Shown here: in pieces, positions 20,269 through 29,144 of the stretch
Layout: each line of letters opens with the position of its first letter
Position numbering within the stretch: position 1 is the stretch's first letter
Virus record (IMG/VR): IMGVR_UViG_3300037069_000806
Coordinates: 3,493 to 67,492 of that record
Length of the DNA: 64,000 nucleotides
Origin: a virus
Reading direction: 5' to 3' (one strand)
Notes under the pieces: model-generated
What the model was told of the DNA's origin: nothing
The model's database searches: none
What the model saw: the letters and a program-made list of their open reading frames with translations, nothing else
Program-made: the position numbers and the translations under genes

Positions 20269-21195
20269 ATGACACATCAAACAGAAGCGACACGCCGGGA
20301 CTGGAAGAGGTGGGCCTTGAACTTCGACGGACTCACGACGACCCAGAAGATGGTGCTCATCGTCCTGGCAGATCACGTCAACGACGTCGCTTCCTGCTTC
20401 CCTTCCATCGCCAGCATTGCGCACACCTCGGGACTGAAGGAGCGGGCCGTCTACATGGCCCTGAACGACCTCGAAGCGGCCGGTGCCATCAAACGCGAGA
20501 GCCGGTCAGCGGACCGCAAGTCGACCGTCTACCACCTGCTGATCCCGGTCACGGTGGAGGGCGATTGGACCGATGAGGACCCCCTGCATGACGTGCATCC
20601 CCTGCATCAGATGCACCCTTCCGAACCGGTTCAAAGAAGGGCAAACCGGACAGACCCCCTGCATCAGATGCACCCTAAGGTAACTGATGTATCTAAGGAT
20701 CAGATGGTAGGGACTTCGTCCCTACTGCCGACTACGTCGGCAGGTTCTGGAACCAGAGTTCGTTCGAAGCCCAAGAGGAACCAGCCGGTCCTGGATGAGG
20801 ATCCCCAGTCGGTTGCCCTGCGGGACATCGAGTCGACCGGCCAACCAGCGGTCCCGGAGATCCGCGAACGGCCCCGGCCTTCCGGCCGCCGGGATGTCGA
20901 TCCGGACACCGGTCTCGGGCTGGCTCAGTACCTGACCAAGGCCGCCAACCAGCGGGTCCCGTCGTTCGGCGACGAGAACATCCTCGCTTCGAAGATCAAG
21001 ACCTGGGGCCAGGACCCTGCGGTCGTCCGGCTCATGGCGGACGTGTACGTGGCGAGCGGCTACCACCGTGGCGCGCGGTCGATCTGGCTGGACTTCATCA
21101 GCCGCCGGGAGGAACTACTCCGGCTGGTCGAGGGCCGTGTCGAGCGGGACCAGGACGAGTCGAACCGGGATGACCCGACGCGCTGGGTCTGGTGA
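20269..21195 (+). CDS. Helix-turn-helix replication initiator protein
   Basis: KMVLIVLADH...CFPSIASIA..SGLKERAVYMAL..LEAAGAI; internal iterons; followed by a DnaC-like gene. Confidence 0.8.
   Translation: MTHQTEATRRDWKRWALNFDGLTTTQKMVLIVLADHVNDVASCFPSIASIAHTSGLKERAVYMALNDLEAAGAIKRESRSADRKSTVYHLLIPVTVEGDWTDEDPLHDVHPLHQMHPSEPVQRRANRTDPLHQMHPKVTDVSKDQMVGTSSLLPTTSAGSGTRVRSKPKRNQPVLDEDPQSVALRDIESTGQPAVPEIRERPRPSGRRDVDPDTGLGLAQYLTKAANQRVPSFGDENILASKIKTWGQDPAVVRLMADVYVASGYHRGARSIWLDFISRREELLRLVEGRVERDQDESNRDDPTRWVW
20581..20743. repeat. Putative replication origin (three iterons, AT-rich patch, two hairpins)
   Basis: CCCCTGCATGACGTGCAT at 20581; CCCCTGCATCAGATGCAC at 20599 and 20656; AT-rich 20676-20700; hairpins at 20707-20725 and 20725-20743. 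Confidence 0.7.
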
Positions 21196-21260
21196 GCCAA
21201 GCCAAGAACCGGTTCTTCTGGTACGGTTCATGGGAACCACCACGAACGGAGCATGCCACC

Positions 21261-21932
21261 ATGGAGAAGTCCAGCGACACCATCGCCCCGGCGACGATGC
21301 TCCGGGTATATCAAGGCGAGGCCAAGATTCCCGTGGCCTACCGAGGTGCCCGGCTAACCCCGGACTCTCCGCGCGAGGCGTGGCAGTTCGTGGATCATCT
21401 CCGTGACCACTACGTGACCAAGCACCGCCCGTTGGACGAGTACCCCGACGACCCCCGCAAGATCGGTCGCGGTCTTTGGCTCGCGGGCCCCGCCGGTACC
21501 GGCAAGACATGGCTGGCCTGCGCCATTCTCAACGAGATCATCATCAACAAGCGGCACGCCGACGGTAAGCGCCTCGACCCGTACTTCATGCGAATCCAGG
21601 ACTACTTCGCAGCCCGGCTCCGCCTCCCCAAACTCCGCGACGATGACATCGAGGGCTTCTACCTCTCCCGGGAGGTCGCCAACGTCGAGCAGTCCTGCGT
21701 CGTGGTGCTGGACGACCTCGGCAAGGAGCACTCCAACGAGCGCGGCTGGTCCCAGACGGAGATCAACCGGATCGTCCGAGCGCGGCAGATGGACGGTATG
21801 CCCACGATCATCACGACCAACCTGAAGCATTCCGACTTGGCCGAGAGGTACCGGGACCCGGCGTTCGCTGACTTCGTGACCGGGGCATTCACTCCCGTCG
21901 GTCTCGCGGGTGGCTCTAGGCGGCGTGACTGA
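21261..21932 (+). CDS. DnaC/IstB-like AAA+ helicase loader
   Basis: Walker A GPAGTGKT, Walker B VVVLDDLG, PTIITTN. Start chosen by the GGAG SD and upstream promoter motif (alternative GTG at 21192). Confidence 0.9.
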   Translation: MEKSSDTIAPATMLRVYQGEAKIPVAYRGARLTPDSPREAWQFVDHLRDHYVTKHRPLDEYPDDPRKIGRGLWLAGPAGTGKTWLACAILNEIIINKRHADGKRLDPYFMRIQDYFAARLRLPKLRDDDIEGFYLSREVANVEQSCVVVLDDLGKEHSNERGWSQTEINRIVRARQMDGMPTIITTNLKHSDLAERYRDPAFADFVTGAFTPVGLAGGSRRRD

Positions 21933-22108
21933 TGTCCTTCGTCAACTTCTCGGAGGGCCTTTTACACGACGGGGTGTGTCTCTGGTGTCTCACGGTCTTC
22001 GACAAGCGCGAGAGCAAGCGGGAGCACTACTGCTCCCTCTACTGCGAGCGGACGTACAAGGCCGCCACGGCCTGGCAGATCGAGGAGGCGTCACGTGCTG
22101 AAGGGTGA
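21932..22108 (+). CDS. Small zinc-finger protein (58 aa, not in the ORF track)
   Basis: CLWC...YCSLYC; TGATG coupling. Confidence 0.55.
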   Translation: MSFVNFSEGLLHDGVCLWCLTVFDKRESKREHYCSLYCERTYKAATAWQIEEASRAEG

Positions 22109-22544
22109 CATCGACAACGCTGTCGAGCCGCGTCTGCTGCTTGTGTGGGAGAACCTTGTGGCGCTCCCTCCGCAGGAGGCCGAGGGCGTCAAGCGCTGGT
22201 TCCAGCGGAAGACCCTGGCCAAGGCGGTCAACGCCTGGACCCTGAACAGCCCGCTCGCCCTGCGGCTGTACGACATCACGTACCGCAAGGGCTACAACGT
22301 CGACGTCGTCTCGTTCATGGACCATGAGTTCGAAGAGGCCATCCGGGACTGGTGTGAGGACCGGCATCATCTACCCGTCGGCCAGGTCTACACCACCGAC
22401 CCCGACATCCTGGCCCGTGAGATCGCGTGGCGTCCCGAGGTCGCCGCGATCTACGACCCGAACCCCGGGCACATCTTCACCTGGGGGAGCAAGGGACGCA
22501 TCGTCAACTCTGCTGCTCCTGACCTATTTGGCCTCGGCCGATGA
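22095..22544 (+). CDS. Conserved phage protein, degenerate HAD-like fold
   Basis: GDIDN..PRLLLVWENLV; good SD; fold assignment is inference. Confidence 0.55.
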   Translation: MLKGDIDNAVEPRLLLVWENLVALPPQEAEGVKRWFQRKTLAKAVNAWTLNSPLALRLYDITYRKGYNVDVVSFMDHEFEEAIRDWCEDRHHLPVGQVYTTDPDILAREIAWRPEVAAIYDPNPGHIFTWGSKGRIVNSAAPDLFGLGR

Positions 22545-23821
22545 GTCAGGACTTCGAGCACCTACTCATCCGGAAGATCCTCGGCGAAGAGGACTTCGGC
22601 CCGGTCGCGGACGCAGGCGTCACCCGCAAGTTCTTCCTGAACAAGGGTCACCGCGACGTCTTCGACATGATCGTGTCGCACAAGGCCGAGTACGGCGTAG
22701 TACCCACGGTCGAGACAGTGCAGGCCGACTTCCCCACGTACAACCTGAAGGAAGCCGCAACCGAGGCCTACCCGTTCCTGATCGAGCGGCTTCAACACCG
22801 GCACGCCATGGCCCTCGCCGAGCACGGCCTGGCCGAGGCAGCCGAGGCGCACGATGACGGGGACCTGGAGACCTTCAAGGCGAAGATCGCCTCCACTCTG
22901 TACGAGATAGAGAAGGACGTACCCCGAGCCCGCGACACCGACATCACGAAGACTCGTGAGGACCGGTGGGCTCGCTACATGCAACTGAAGAACCAGAAGG
23001 ACGGCCTGCGCGGGATCCCCACCGGCTTCCGCACCATCGACAAGGCGACTCAGGGTCTCCAGCCAAAGCAGTTGGTCACCTTCATCGGGCCGCCGAAGGC
23101 TGGCAAGTCCACCCTCATGCTGCTTGCTGGTATGAGTGCGGCGCGTGACCTCAACCGTGTGTTGTTCGTCGGGTTCGAGATGTCCAACGATGAGCAGGAG
23201 GAGCGCTTCGACGCGATCCATGCGGGCATCTCCCACTCGCACCTGCGTGGCGGTCAGATGACCGCCGAGGAGGAGAAACGGCTGGTCCGCTCGATGAAGA
23301 TCATCGAGGAGTACCCCGACTACATCCTCAGCAACGACACCTCGGGGGCCATGACGCTGACCGGGATCGCCTCGAAGGTCGAGCACTACCGACCAGAGAT
23401 CCTGTTCGTGGACGGAATGTACATGATGCACGACGAGCAGTCCGGCGAGACCAACACCTCGCAGGCGCTGACGAACCTGACCCGTGGCTTCAAGCGGCTG
23501 GCACAGAGCCTGGACATCCCCATCGTCATCAGCACCCAGGTGCTGGAGTGGAAGATGGACAAGAAGAAGGGCGTCACCAGCCAGAGCATCGGCTACTCGT
23601 CCTCGTTCGCACAGGACTCCGACGTGATCCTCGGTGTCGAGCGCGTGGACCCGGAGATCGAGGAGAACCTCAACAAGGTCAAGGTCGTCCTGTCCCGAAA
23701 CTGCCCGCCCATGGAGTCCTACATCCGCTGGGACTGGGAGCACGGCAAGTTCCAGGAGCAGGCCGAGGACTACGTGCCCGGCGGCGACGACGAGAGCGGT
23801 GTTCCTCGTGCGGCGTTCTAA
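22541..23821 (+). CDS. dnaB: DnaB-like replicative helicase
   Basis: GIPTGF..ID..T.GLQ, GPPKAGKS, FEMS, LFVDG and AQDSDVILG motifs. Confidence 0.95.
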   Translation: MSQDFEHLLIRKILGEEDFGPVADAGVTRKFFLNKGHRDVFDMIVSHKAEYGVVPTVETVQADFPTYNLKEAATEAYPFLIERLQHRHAMALAEHGLAEAAEAHDDGDLETFKAKIASTLYEIEKDVPRARDTDITKTREDRWARYMQLKNQKDGLRGIPTGFRTIDKATQGLQPKQLVTFIGPPKAGKSTLMLLAGMSAARDLNRVLFVGFEMSNDEQEERFDAIHAGISHSHLRGGQMTAEEEKRLVRSMKIIEEYPDYILSNDTSGAMTLTGIASKVEHYRPEILFVDGMYMMHDEQSGETNTSQALTNLTRGFKRLAQSLDIPIVISTQVLEWKMDKKKGVTSQSIGYSSSFAQDSDVILGVERVDPEIEENLNKVKVVLSRNCPPMESYIRWDWEHGKFQEQAEDYVPGGDDESGVPRAAF

Positions 23822-24842
23822 GCGGGGGCCTGGTTACGACAATCTCCCGATCTTCGACACGCCCATCCCTGGCAACGTCCAAGCGTGTCTGGATGAGTTG
23901 GGCGTGGAGATCCTCCGCATCATCGGTGATGAGGCGACCGGCAAGTGCCCGGGTCACGTGGCTCGCCTGGGCAAGCAGGACCGCCACCCGTCCTGGTCCG
24001 TCAACCTGGACTCCGGCGTTCACAACTGCTTCTCCTGCGGGTTCGCCGGACCCTTCGTGACCATAGTCCAGGAGGTGCTGGGCTGCGACCGGCTGACTGC
24101 TGTCGAGTGGGTCCGCGCGCGCGGCGGCATCGAGCGGGTCAGAGCGATCCTCAACAAGAACAAGGTTTCCGCCGCCGACCTTGCTGATACGACCAAGCAG
24201 ATGAACGAGGCCAGCCTGGCGCTGTTCGTGGACCCGCCCGACAAGCAGTTGACGAAGCGCAAGATGACGCTGCGGGCCGCCCGTCACTACGGCGTGCTGT
24301 GGGACGCGGACGCCAAGATGTGGATCCTCCCCATCCGCGAGCCGGAGACGGGGAAGTTGCGGGGCTGGCAGGAGAAGGCTCCCGGCCACTTCAAGAACTA
24401 CCCCTTCAACATGGAGAAGAAGGACTGCCTGTTCGGCTACGAGTGGCTGGCCGACCAGGGCCTGGCAATCCTCGTTGAGTCACCGCTCGACGTGCCACGC
24501 ATGTACGCGTCGGGAATCGAGGGCGCTGTCGCGTCGTACGGGGCCAAGGTCAGCGACGAGCAGTTGGACCTGATCGCTGCGAAGACGGACCGACTCATCG
24601 TGGCTCTGGACAACCCGTACATCGACCCCGAGGGAAGCGAGCAGGCAGAGAAGATCCTCGTCCGGGCGGCCGGGCGGTTCCGTCTGTGGTTCCTCAACTA
24701 CGAGGGGCTCGACGCCAAAGACCCGGGGGAGATGAGCGATGAGCAACTTGCTGGGGCCATCCGCACTTCAATCAAGTCGTCCTACGTTCGCGGAGGAAAG
24801 CGGCGAGAGCGTTCCGTGCGCGCACTGCGGGACCGATCTTGA
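23799..24842 (+). CDS. DNA primase (CHC2 zinc finger + Toprim)
   Basis: CPGH..DRHPSW..HNCFSCG; LVESPLD; ALDN; KDPGEM. Confidence 0.92.
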   Translation: MFLVRRSKRGPGYDNLPIFDTPIPGNVQACLDELGVEILRIIGDEATGKCPGHVARLGKQDRHPSWSVNLDSGVHNCFSCGFAGPFVTIVQEVLGCDRLTAVEWVRARGGIERVRAILNKNKVSAADLADTTKQMNEASLALFVDPPDKQLTKRKMTLRAARHYGVLWDADAKMWILPIREPETGKLRGWQEKAPGHFKNYPFNMEKKDCLFGYEWLADQGLAILVESPLDVPRMYASGIEGAVASYGAKVSDEQLDLIAAKTDRLIVALDNPYIDPEGSEQAEKILVRAAGRFRLWFLNYEGLDAKDPGEMSDEQLAGAIRTSIKSSYVRGGKRRERSVRALRDRS

Positions 24843-24987
24843 CCGGCAAGCAGCGACCGTTTCTCGGACCTGGAGCCGGACCGAACTTCGAGACCCGCTC
24901 CGATGGATCCCGAACTGGTCAACGACCATCTCGGAGCACCGATACTTCTGCGACCGGGAGTGCGCAGACCGGTTCCATAGGCCCTGA
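24739..24987 (+). CDS. Small zinc-finger protein
   Basis: CAHC...YFCDREC; overlaps primase, so the start is uncertain. Confidence 0.4.
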   Translation: MSNLLGPSALQSSRPTFAEESGESVPCAHCGTDLDRQAATVSRTWSRTELRDPLRWIPNWSTTISEHRYFCDRECADRFHRP

Positions 24988-24990
24988 CCT

Positions 24991-26592
24991 ATGTTGAGTC
25001 TCAGCCTCTACCCCTACCAGGACTCTGCGGTCGACAAGTTTCTCGACCGTGGTTCCCTCCTGGTCGCGTACGAGATGGGCCTGGGCAAGTCCATCATCGC
25101 CACCGCTGCCGCTGAGGAACTGTTCGGCGAGGACGAGATCGACATGTGCGCCCTGGTCGTCCCGGCCGCACTGAAGTACCAGTGGGCCAAGAACCTGGCC
25201 AAGTACACCGACGTGGACACCCGGACCATCAAGGTCCAGGGCGAGCAGATAGTCGTCCCCACGGAGGAGTACTGCTCCATCATCGACGGCACCCCCAAGC
25301 AGCGCGAGGCCGCGTACCGCATGGCTGCGCTTCGCCGGGTCGACTACGTGATCCTCGGGTACGAAAACGTGGTCAACGACTGGCTTCTCGTCAAGAGGCT
25401 GGACCCCGGCATGATCGTGCTGGACGAGGCCACCGCCATCAAGTCGTTCAAGGCGCAGCGGAGCAAGAAGGTGAAGCGGTGGGACGCCCCGTACCGAATG
25501 GCCCTGACCGGGACCCCTGTTGAGAACCGACCCGAGGAACTCTTCTCGATCATGCAGTGGGTGGACCCCGACCTCCTCGGCCGGTTCGATCTGTTCGACA
25601 AGTCCTTCATCGTCCGCAACCACTTCGGCGGAGTGAAGGCCTACAAGAATCTGCCCACCCTGCACGGCAAGGTCCAGCAGGTCGTGTCCAGGAAGAAGCG
25701 CCTCGACCCTGACGTCCGGGACTACCTGCCTGAGGTGAGCGAGGACGTATGGCGCGTGAAGGTCGACCCCCGGATCCGGGAGACGTACACCAAGATCGCC
25801 GACGATCTGCTGGCTGAACTGGAGTCCATCAACATGTCGGGGGGCTTCGACGTGGGGGCCTACTACTCCGGGAAGATGCAGCCGGATGAGAACACGGCTC
25901 TCGGGAAGATCATGTCCCGTCAGCAGGCGATGGAGATGCTGCTCGACCACCCTGCCCTGGTCGTGGCCTCAGCCACCAAGTACAACGATCCGGCCAGCAA
26001 GGAGGGATCGAAGTACGCGGCCGAACTCCTGGCAGGTGGCTGGCTGGAGGGACTGAAGTCCAGTGCCAAGTTGGACCGGGTCTACGAAGAGGTGGTCGAC
26101 ATCCTGGACAGCCACCCCGGCAACAAGGTGGTCATCTTCAGCGTCTACCGGGAGATGGGCCGGGTGCTGGCCGTGACCCTGCCCTACAAGAGCGTCCTGT
26201 TCCACGGAGAGATGAACGCCGGGCAGAAGGCGGCAGCCCAGGCCCAGTTCGAGAAGGACCCGGATACCCGGCTCTTCCTGTCATCCCATGCCGGAGGTTA
26301 CGGGGTCGACCTGTTCATGGCCAACCACCTGATCAACTACGACCTCGCCTGGTCGGCAGGCAAGCAGGATCAGATCAACGCCCGACACGTCCGGGCCAGC
26401 AGCGAGTTCTCCAACGTCTTCATCCACAACGTGCTGGTGGCCAACACGGTGGAGGACCGGAAGTACCAGATGCTGGCCCACAAGCGCCGGGTCGCGGGGT
26501 CGATCATCGACGGCATCGGGTCGGACACCAAAGGAAAGATCGAGAACGACCTCGTGTCGCTGTCAGAGTTCCTTCGTGGCCGGGTATCTTAG
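24991..26592 (+). CDS. SNF2-family helicase
   Basis: LYPYQ, EMGLGKS, DEAT, ALTGTPVEN, GGYGVDL and QINARHVR motifs. Confidence 0.92.
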   Translation: MLSLSLYPYQDSAVDKFLDRGSLLVAYEMGLGKSIIATAAAEELFGEDEIDMCALVVPAALKYQWAKNLAKYTDVDTRTIKVQGEQIVVPTEEYCSIIDGTPKQREAAYRMAALRRVDYVILGYENVVNDWLLVKRLDPGMIVLDEATAIKSFKAQRSKKVKRWDAPYRMALTGTPVENRPEELFSIMQWVDPDLLGRFDLFDKSFIVRNHFGGVKAYKNLPTLHGKVQQVVSRKKRLDPDVRDYLPEVSEDVWRVKVDPRIRETYTKIADDLLAELESINMSGGFDVGAYYSGKMQPDENTALGKIMSRQQAMEMLLDHPALVVASATKYNDPASKEGSKYAAELLAGGWLEGLKSSAKLDRVYEEVVDILDSHPGNKVVIFSVYREMGRVLAVTLPYKSVLFHGEMNAGQKAAAQAQFEKDPDTRLFLSSHAGGYGVDLFMANHLINYDLAWSAGKQDQINARHVRASSEFSNVFIHNVLVANTVEDRKYQMLAHKRRVAGSIIDGIGSDTKGKIENDLVSLSEFLRGRVS

Positions 26593-26629
26593 GAAGCGAT
26601 TCCCAAGAACCGGTTTCGGAGGGTGCTCG

Positions 26630-27001
26630 ATGGCCTCACCGCTCGACATGCCCGGCCGTCGTCCCGCCGCTATCACCTCGACGCCGTCCGCTCCGTCTCC
26701 CCGACGGCAGGAGTTCGAGGGTGGGTACCGGCCCTCCCATCACCTGATGAAGAAGGCCCGCAGCCAGAACATAGACCTCGTTCCCGTGCTGCGCGCGGCC
26801 AACGACCCGAGCCACACCTACCCGAACCTCGGACGGCCCGGCCAGTTCCGGCACGTGCGCGACGGGGTGGTCGCCGTGGTTGACCCCACTGTGAAGCACG
26901 TCATCACCACGTACAAGGACCAAGTCGAGACGCCGATCCGACAGGACCAGCGTGGTGACCGCCGGGCGCAGGCCTTCGAGCACAGCCGTACTCAGAGATA
27001 G
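26630..27001 (+). CDS. DUF4258/RelE-like (BECR-fold) small protein
   Basis: SHHL..KAR..NID..V..A..DP...VVAVVD...VITTY pattern; GGAGG SD. Confidence 0.55.
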   Translation: MASPLDMPGRRPAAITSTPSAPSPRRQEFEGGYRPSHHLMKKARSQNIDLVPVLRAANDPSHTYPNLGRPGQFRHVRDGVVAVVDPTVKHVITTYKDQVETPIRQDQRGDRRAQAFEHSRTQR

Positions 27002-27036
27002 GAAGCGACACGCCGAGAACCGGTTCGGAATGGTGA

Positions 27037-27088
27037 TTGTCGGAAGTACCTACTACGATCAGTTCATCGGAACCGCCACTGATCGGAG
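27037..27088 (+). promoter_or_regulatory. RecA-NDp (PafBC-type) promoter tTGTCGG-N10-TACGAT with an SD-occluding hairpin
   Basis: TGTCGG at 27038-43 and TACGAT at 27054-59; stem CTACGATCAGT/ACTGATCGGAG. Confidence 0.65.
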
Positions 27089-27094
27089 CAAACA

Positions 27095-27547
27095 TTGTCG
27101 ACTGCAACCGTCCCCGCCCGGGCCTCCCGCTCCAGGGTCGTCCCCATCGAGCGCCAGGCCGTGGAGTTCCTCACCCTGAAGCGCGAGTCCGACCTCATCG
27201 GCAAGCGCATGACCGACATCAAGAAGTCGATCATGGAGGTGCTCGCCAATCAAGAGGAGACGGACGAGAAGGGCAGCAAGTTCTACGGGCTGTCCAAGCC
27301 CATCGAGTCCGGCGGCAAGACGTACACCACCCTGAAGCGCGAGCGGGTGCTCACGCAGATGGTGGACGAGGACGAGGCCGAGACGATCCTCACCAAGAAG
27401 GGCCTCTACGACGAGTGCCTCGTTCTTGAGCCGCGCCTCGATCATGACAAGGTCTATGCCCTGTACCAGGAGGGCAAGATCTCCGAGGCCGAGATCGACC
27501 GGATCTTCACCTACAAGGAGTCGTTCCGGCTCCAGACACTCGTGTGA
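27095..27547 (+). CDS. Hypothetical protein
   Basis: GGAG SD + TTG; phage-like codon usage. Confidence 0.75.
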   Translation: MSTATVPARASRSRVVPIERQAVEFLTLKRESDLIGKRMTDIKKSIMEVLANQEETDEKGSKFYGLSKPIESGGKTYTTLKRERVLTQMVDEDEAETILTKKGLYDECLVLEPRLDHDKVYALYQEGKISEAEIDRIFTYKESFRLQTLV

Positions 27548-27969
27548 TGGGGGTCCTGGACCGCTTCTCGGAGGACACCGAGTACTTCCCGGGAAGCAAC
27601 CGCCCTGTCGTCCGCGAACCGGCCGCGCCCAAGGACGAGACCGCGTGGGATGCCAAGCCCAAGGTGTACGTGGTGGCTGGTCGTGAGGTGGAGTTCTTCA
27701 CCGTCGGCATGCTCGCACGCGCGCTTCATCGCGAGGCCGTGACCATCCGGAAGTGGGAGCGCGAGGGGATCATCCCCAAGGCCACCTACCGGGGCCAGTC
27801 GGTGGACCCGCGCGGCAAGCGGCGTCTGTACACCCGCGATCAGGTCGAGGGAATGCTCAAGATCGCGTGGGCCGAGGGTCTGATGTCCGGCCGCAAGGTG
27901 CAGATCCGCAGGACCCAGTTCACCAAGCGCGTGGTCGACCTGTTCAAGTCGCTTGGGGGCCCGGCATGA
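27547..27969 (+). CDS. MerR-like HTH DNA-binding protein
   Basis: FTVGMLARALHR..VTIRKWEREGIIP...GKRRLYT. Confidence 0.85.
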   Translation: MGVLDRFSEDTEYFPGSNRPVVREPAAPKDETAWDAKPKVYVVAGREVEFFTVGMLARALHREAVTIRKWEREGIIPKATYRGQSVDPRGKRRLYTRDQVEGMLKIAWAEGLMSGRKVQIRRTQFTKRVVDLFKSLGGPA

Positions 27970-28184
27970 AGGTCTGCAAGTCAGTCACGCACCACATCTC
28001 CATGGGCGAGTACGAGTGGGTCGAGTTGCGGGCCTACGTCGAACTGAACCCCGAGGACCACGAGGGCCAGAACCCTGAAGCGGTCATGGCCACCGAGATC
28101 ACCGCGCTCCTCGCTGACGACATCAAGCAGGCCCGCGCGCTCACCGCACGAGACGACTCGTACATCATCGAATGGAAGGGCTGA
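27966..28184 (+). CDS. Hypothetical protein
   Basis: ATGA overlap; ISMGEYEWVE motif. Confidence 0.7.
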   Translation: MKVCKSVTHHISMGEYEWVELRAYVELNPEDHEGQNPEAVMATEITALLADDIKQARALTARDDSYIIEWKG

Positions 28185-28189
28185 ACCCT

Positions 28190-29053
28190 ATGGCACGCAC
28201 AGCACTGCGGTCCCGCAGCCGGGACGACGAAGACATCCGGGACGATGAGGAGCCGCGCTCCAGCCGTCGGCGTGACGAGGACGAGGCCCCGGCCACCGCA
28301 CGTCGGCGCAGGCCCGTGCGCACCGATGAGGAGCCCGAGGACGACGAGGCCGACCGGCCCCGCAGGTCCCGGTCCCTCGCTGACGATGACGCGGAGGAAA
28401 CCCCTCGCCGTCGCAGGCGCACCGAGGATGACGACGACGAGCGGCCCCGCGAGCGGAGCAAGTCCAGTGTCCGCCGGTCGTCCGGAGGCTTCGACTCCTT
28501 CGACAAGGCCAAGGCTCAAGGCAGCGGCAAGTACCCGGAGCGCTTCAAGCCGGAGGTGGACGAGGAGAAGATCGTCAAGTTCCGGGACAAGGTGCCATTC
28601 ACCTCGGTGTTCCAGCACTGGATCAACAAGAAGCCGTACACCTGCATCGCGGACGATGAAGGCGAGGGCTGCCCGCTCTGCGACAAGGGCGACGTGGCTC
28701 AGGGCCAGTGGTACTTCCATGTGATCGACATGTCCGAGACGAAGCCGGTCCTCAAGGTCTGGCAGGCGGGCATGCGCCCGACCGGGCTGATCAAGAAGAT
28801 CAACGAGAAGGGCAAGTTGGCTCCGGTCGACCGCGAAGACCTGTACTTCATGGTCACCAAGCCGGACAACAACTCGTTCACCATCTCCGCCATCAAGGAG
28901 CGGGACCTGGACGAGGAGTGGGGCGTCGACCCGCTGACCGAGAAGCAGATCGCGGCGTTCGATGAGAGGCGGTGGGACGACTCGATCATCTACGAGCCCA
29001 CCAAGGATGAACTGCGGAAGGCAGCGCGGCTGCTCACCGACGCGGACGACTGA
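28190..29053 (+). CDS. ssDNA-binding protein (T4 gp32-like) with an R/D/E-rich N-terminus
   Basis: FQHW..YTC...CPLC zinc motif with an OB-fold-like core; directly upstream of the polymerase. Confidence 0.75.
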   Translation: MARTALRSRSRDDEDIRDDEEPRSSRRRDEDEAPATARRRRPVRTDEEPEDDEADRPRRSRSLADDDAEETPRRRRRTEDDDDERPRERSKSSVRRSSGGFDSFDKAKAQGSGKYPERFKPEVDEEKIVKFRDKVPFTSVFQHWINKKPYTCIADDEGEGCPLCDKGDVAQGQWYFHVIDMSETKPVLKVWQAGMRPTGLIKKINEKGKLAPVDREDLYFMVTKPDNNSFTISAIKERDLDEEWGVDPLTEKQIAAFDERRWDDSIIYEPTKDELRKAARLLTDADD

Positions 29054-29079
29054 ACACCTAGTCGCCCTCCCGCAGTCCC

Positions 29080-29117
29080 GAGGCCCCCGGCTGACCCCTT
29101 CCCCGGCCGGGGGCCTC
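29080..29117 (+). terminator. Hairpin between ssb and pol
   Basis: GAGGCCCCCGGCT / GGCCGGGGGCCTC. Confidence 0.55.
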
Positions 29118-29144
29118 ACCTCCCACCACCACATGAGGAGTCTT

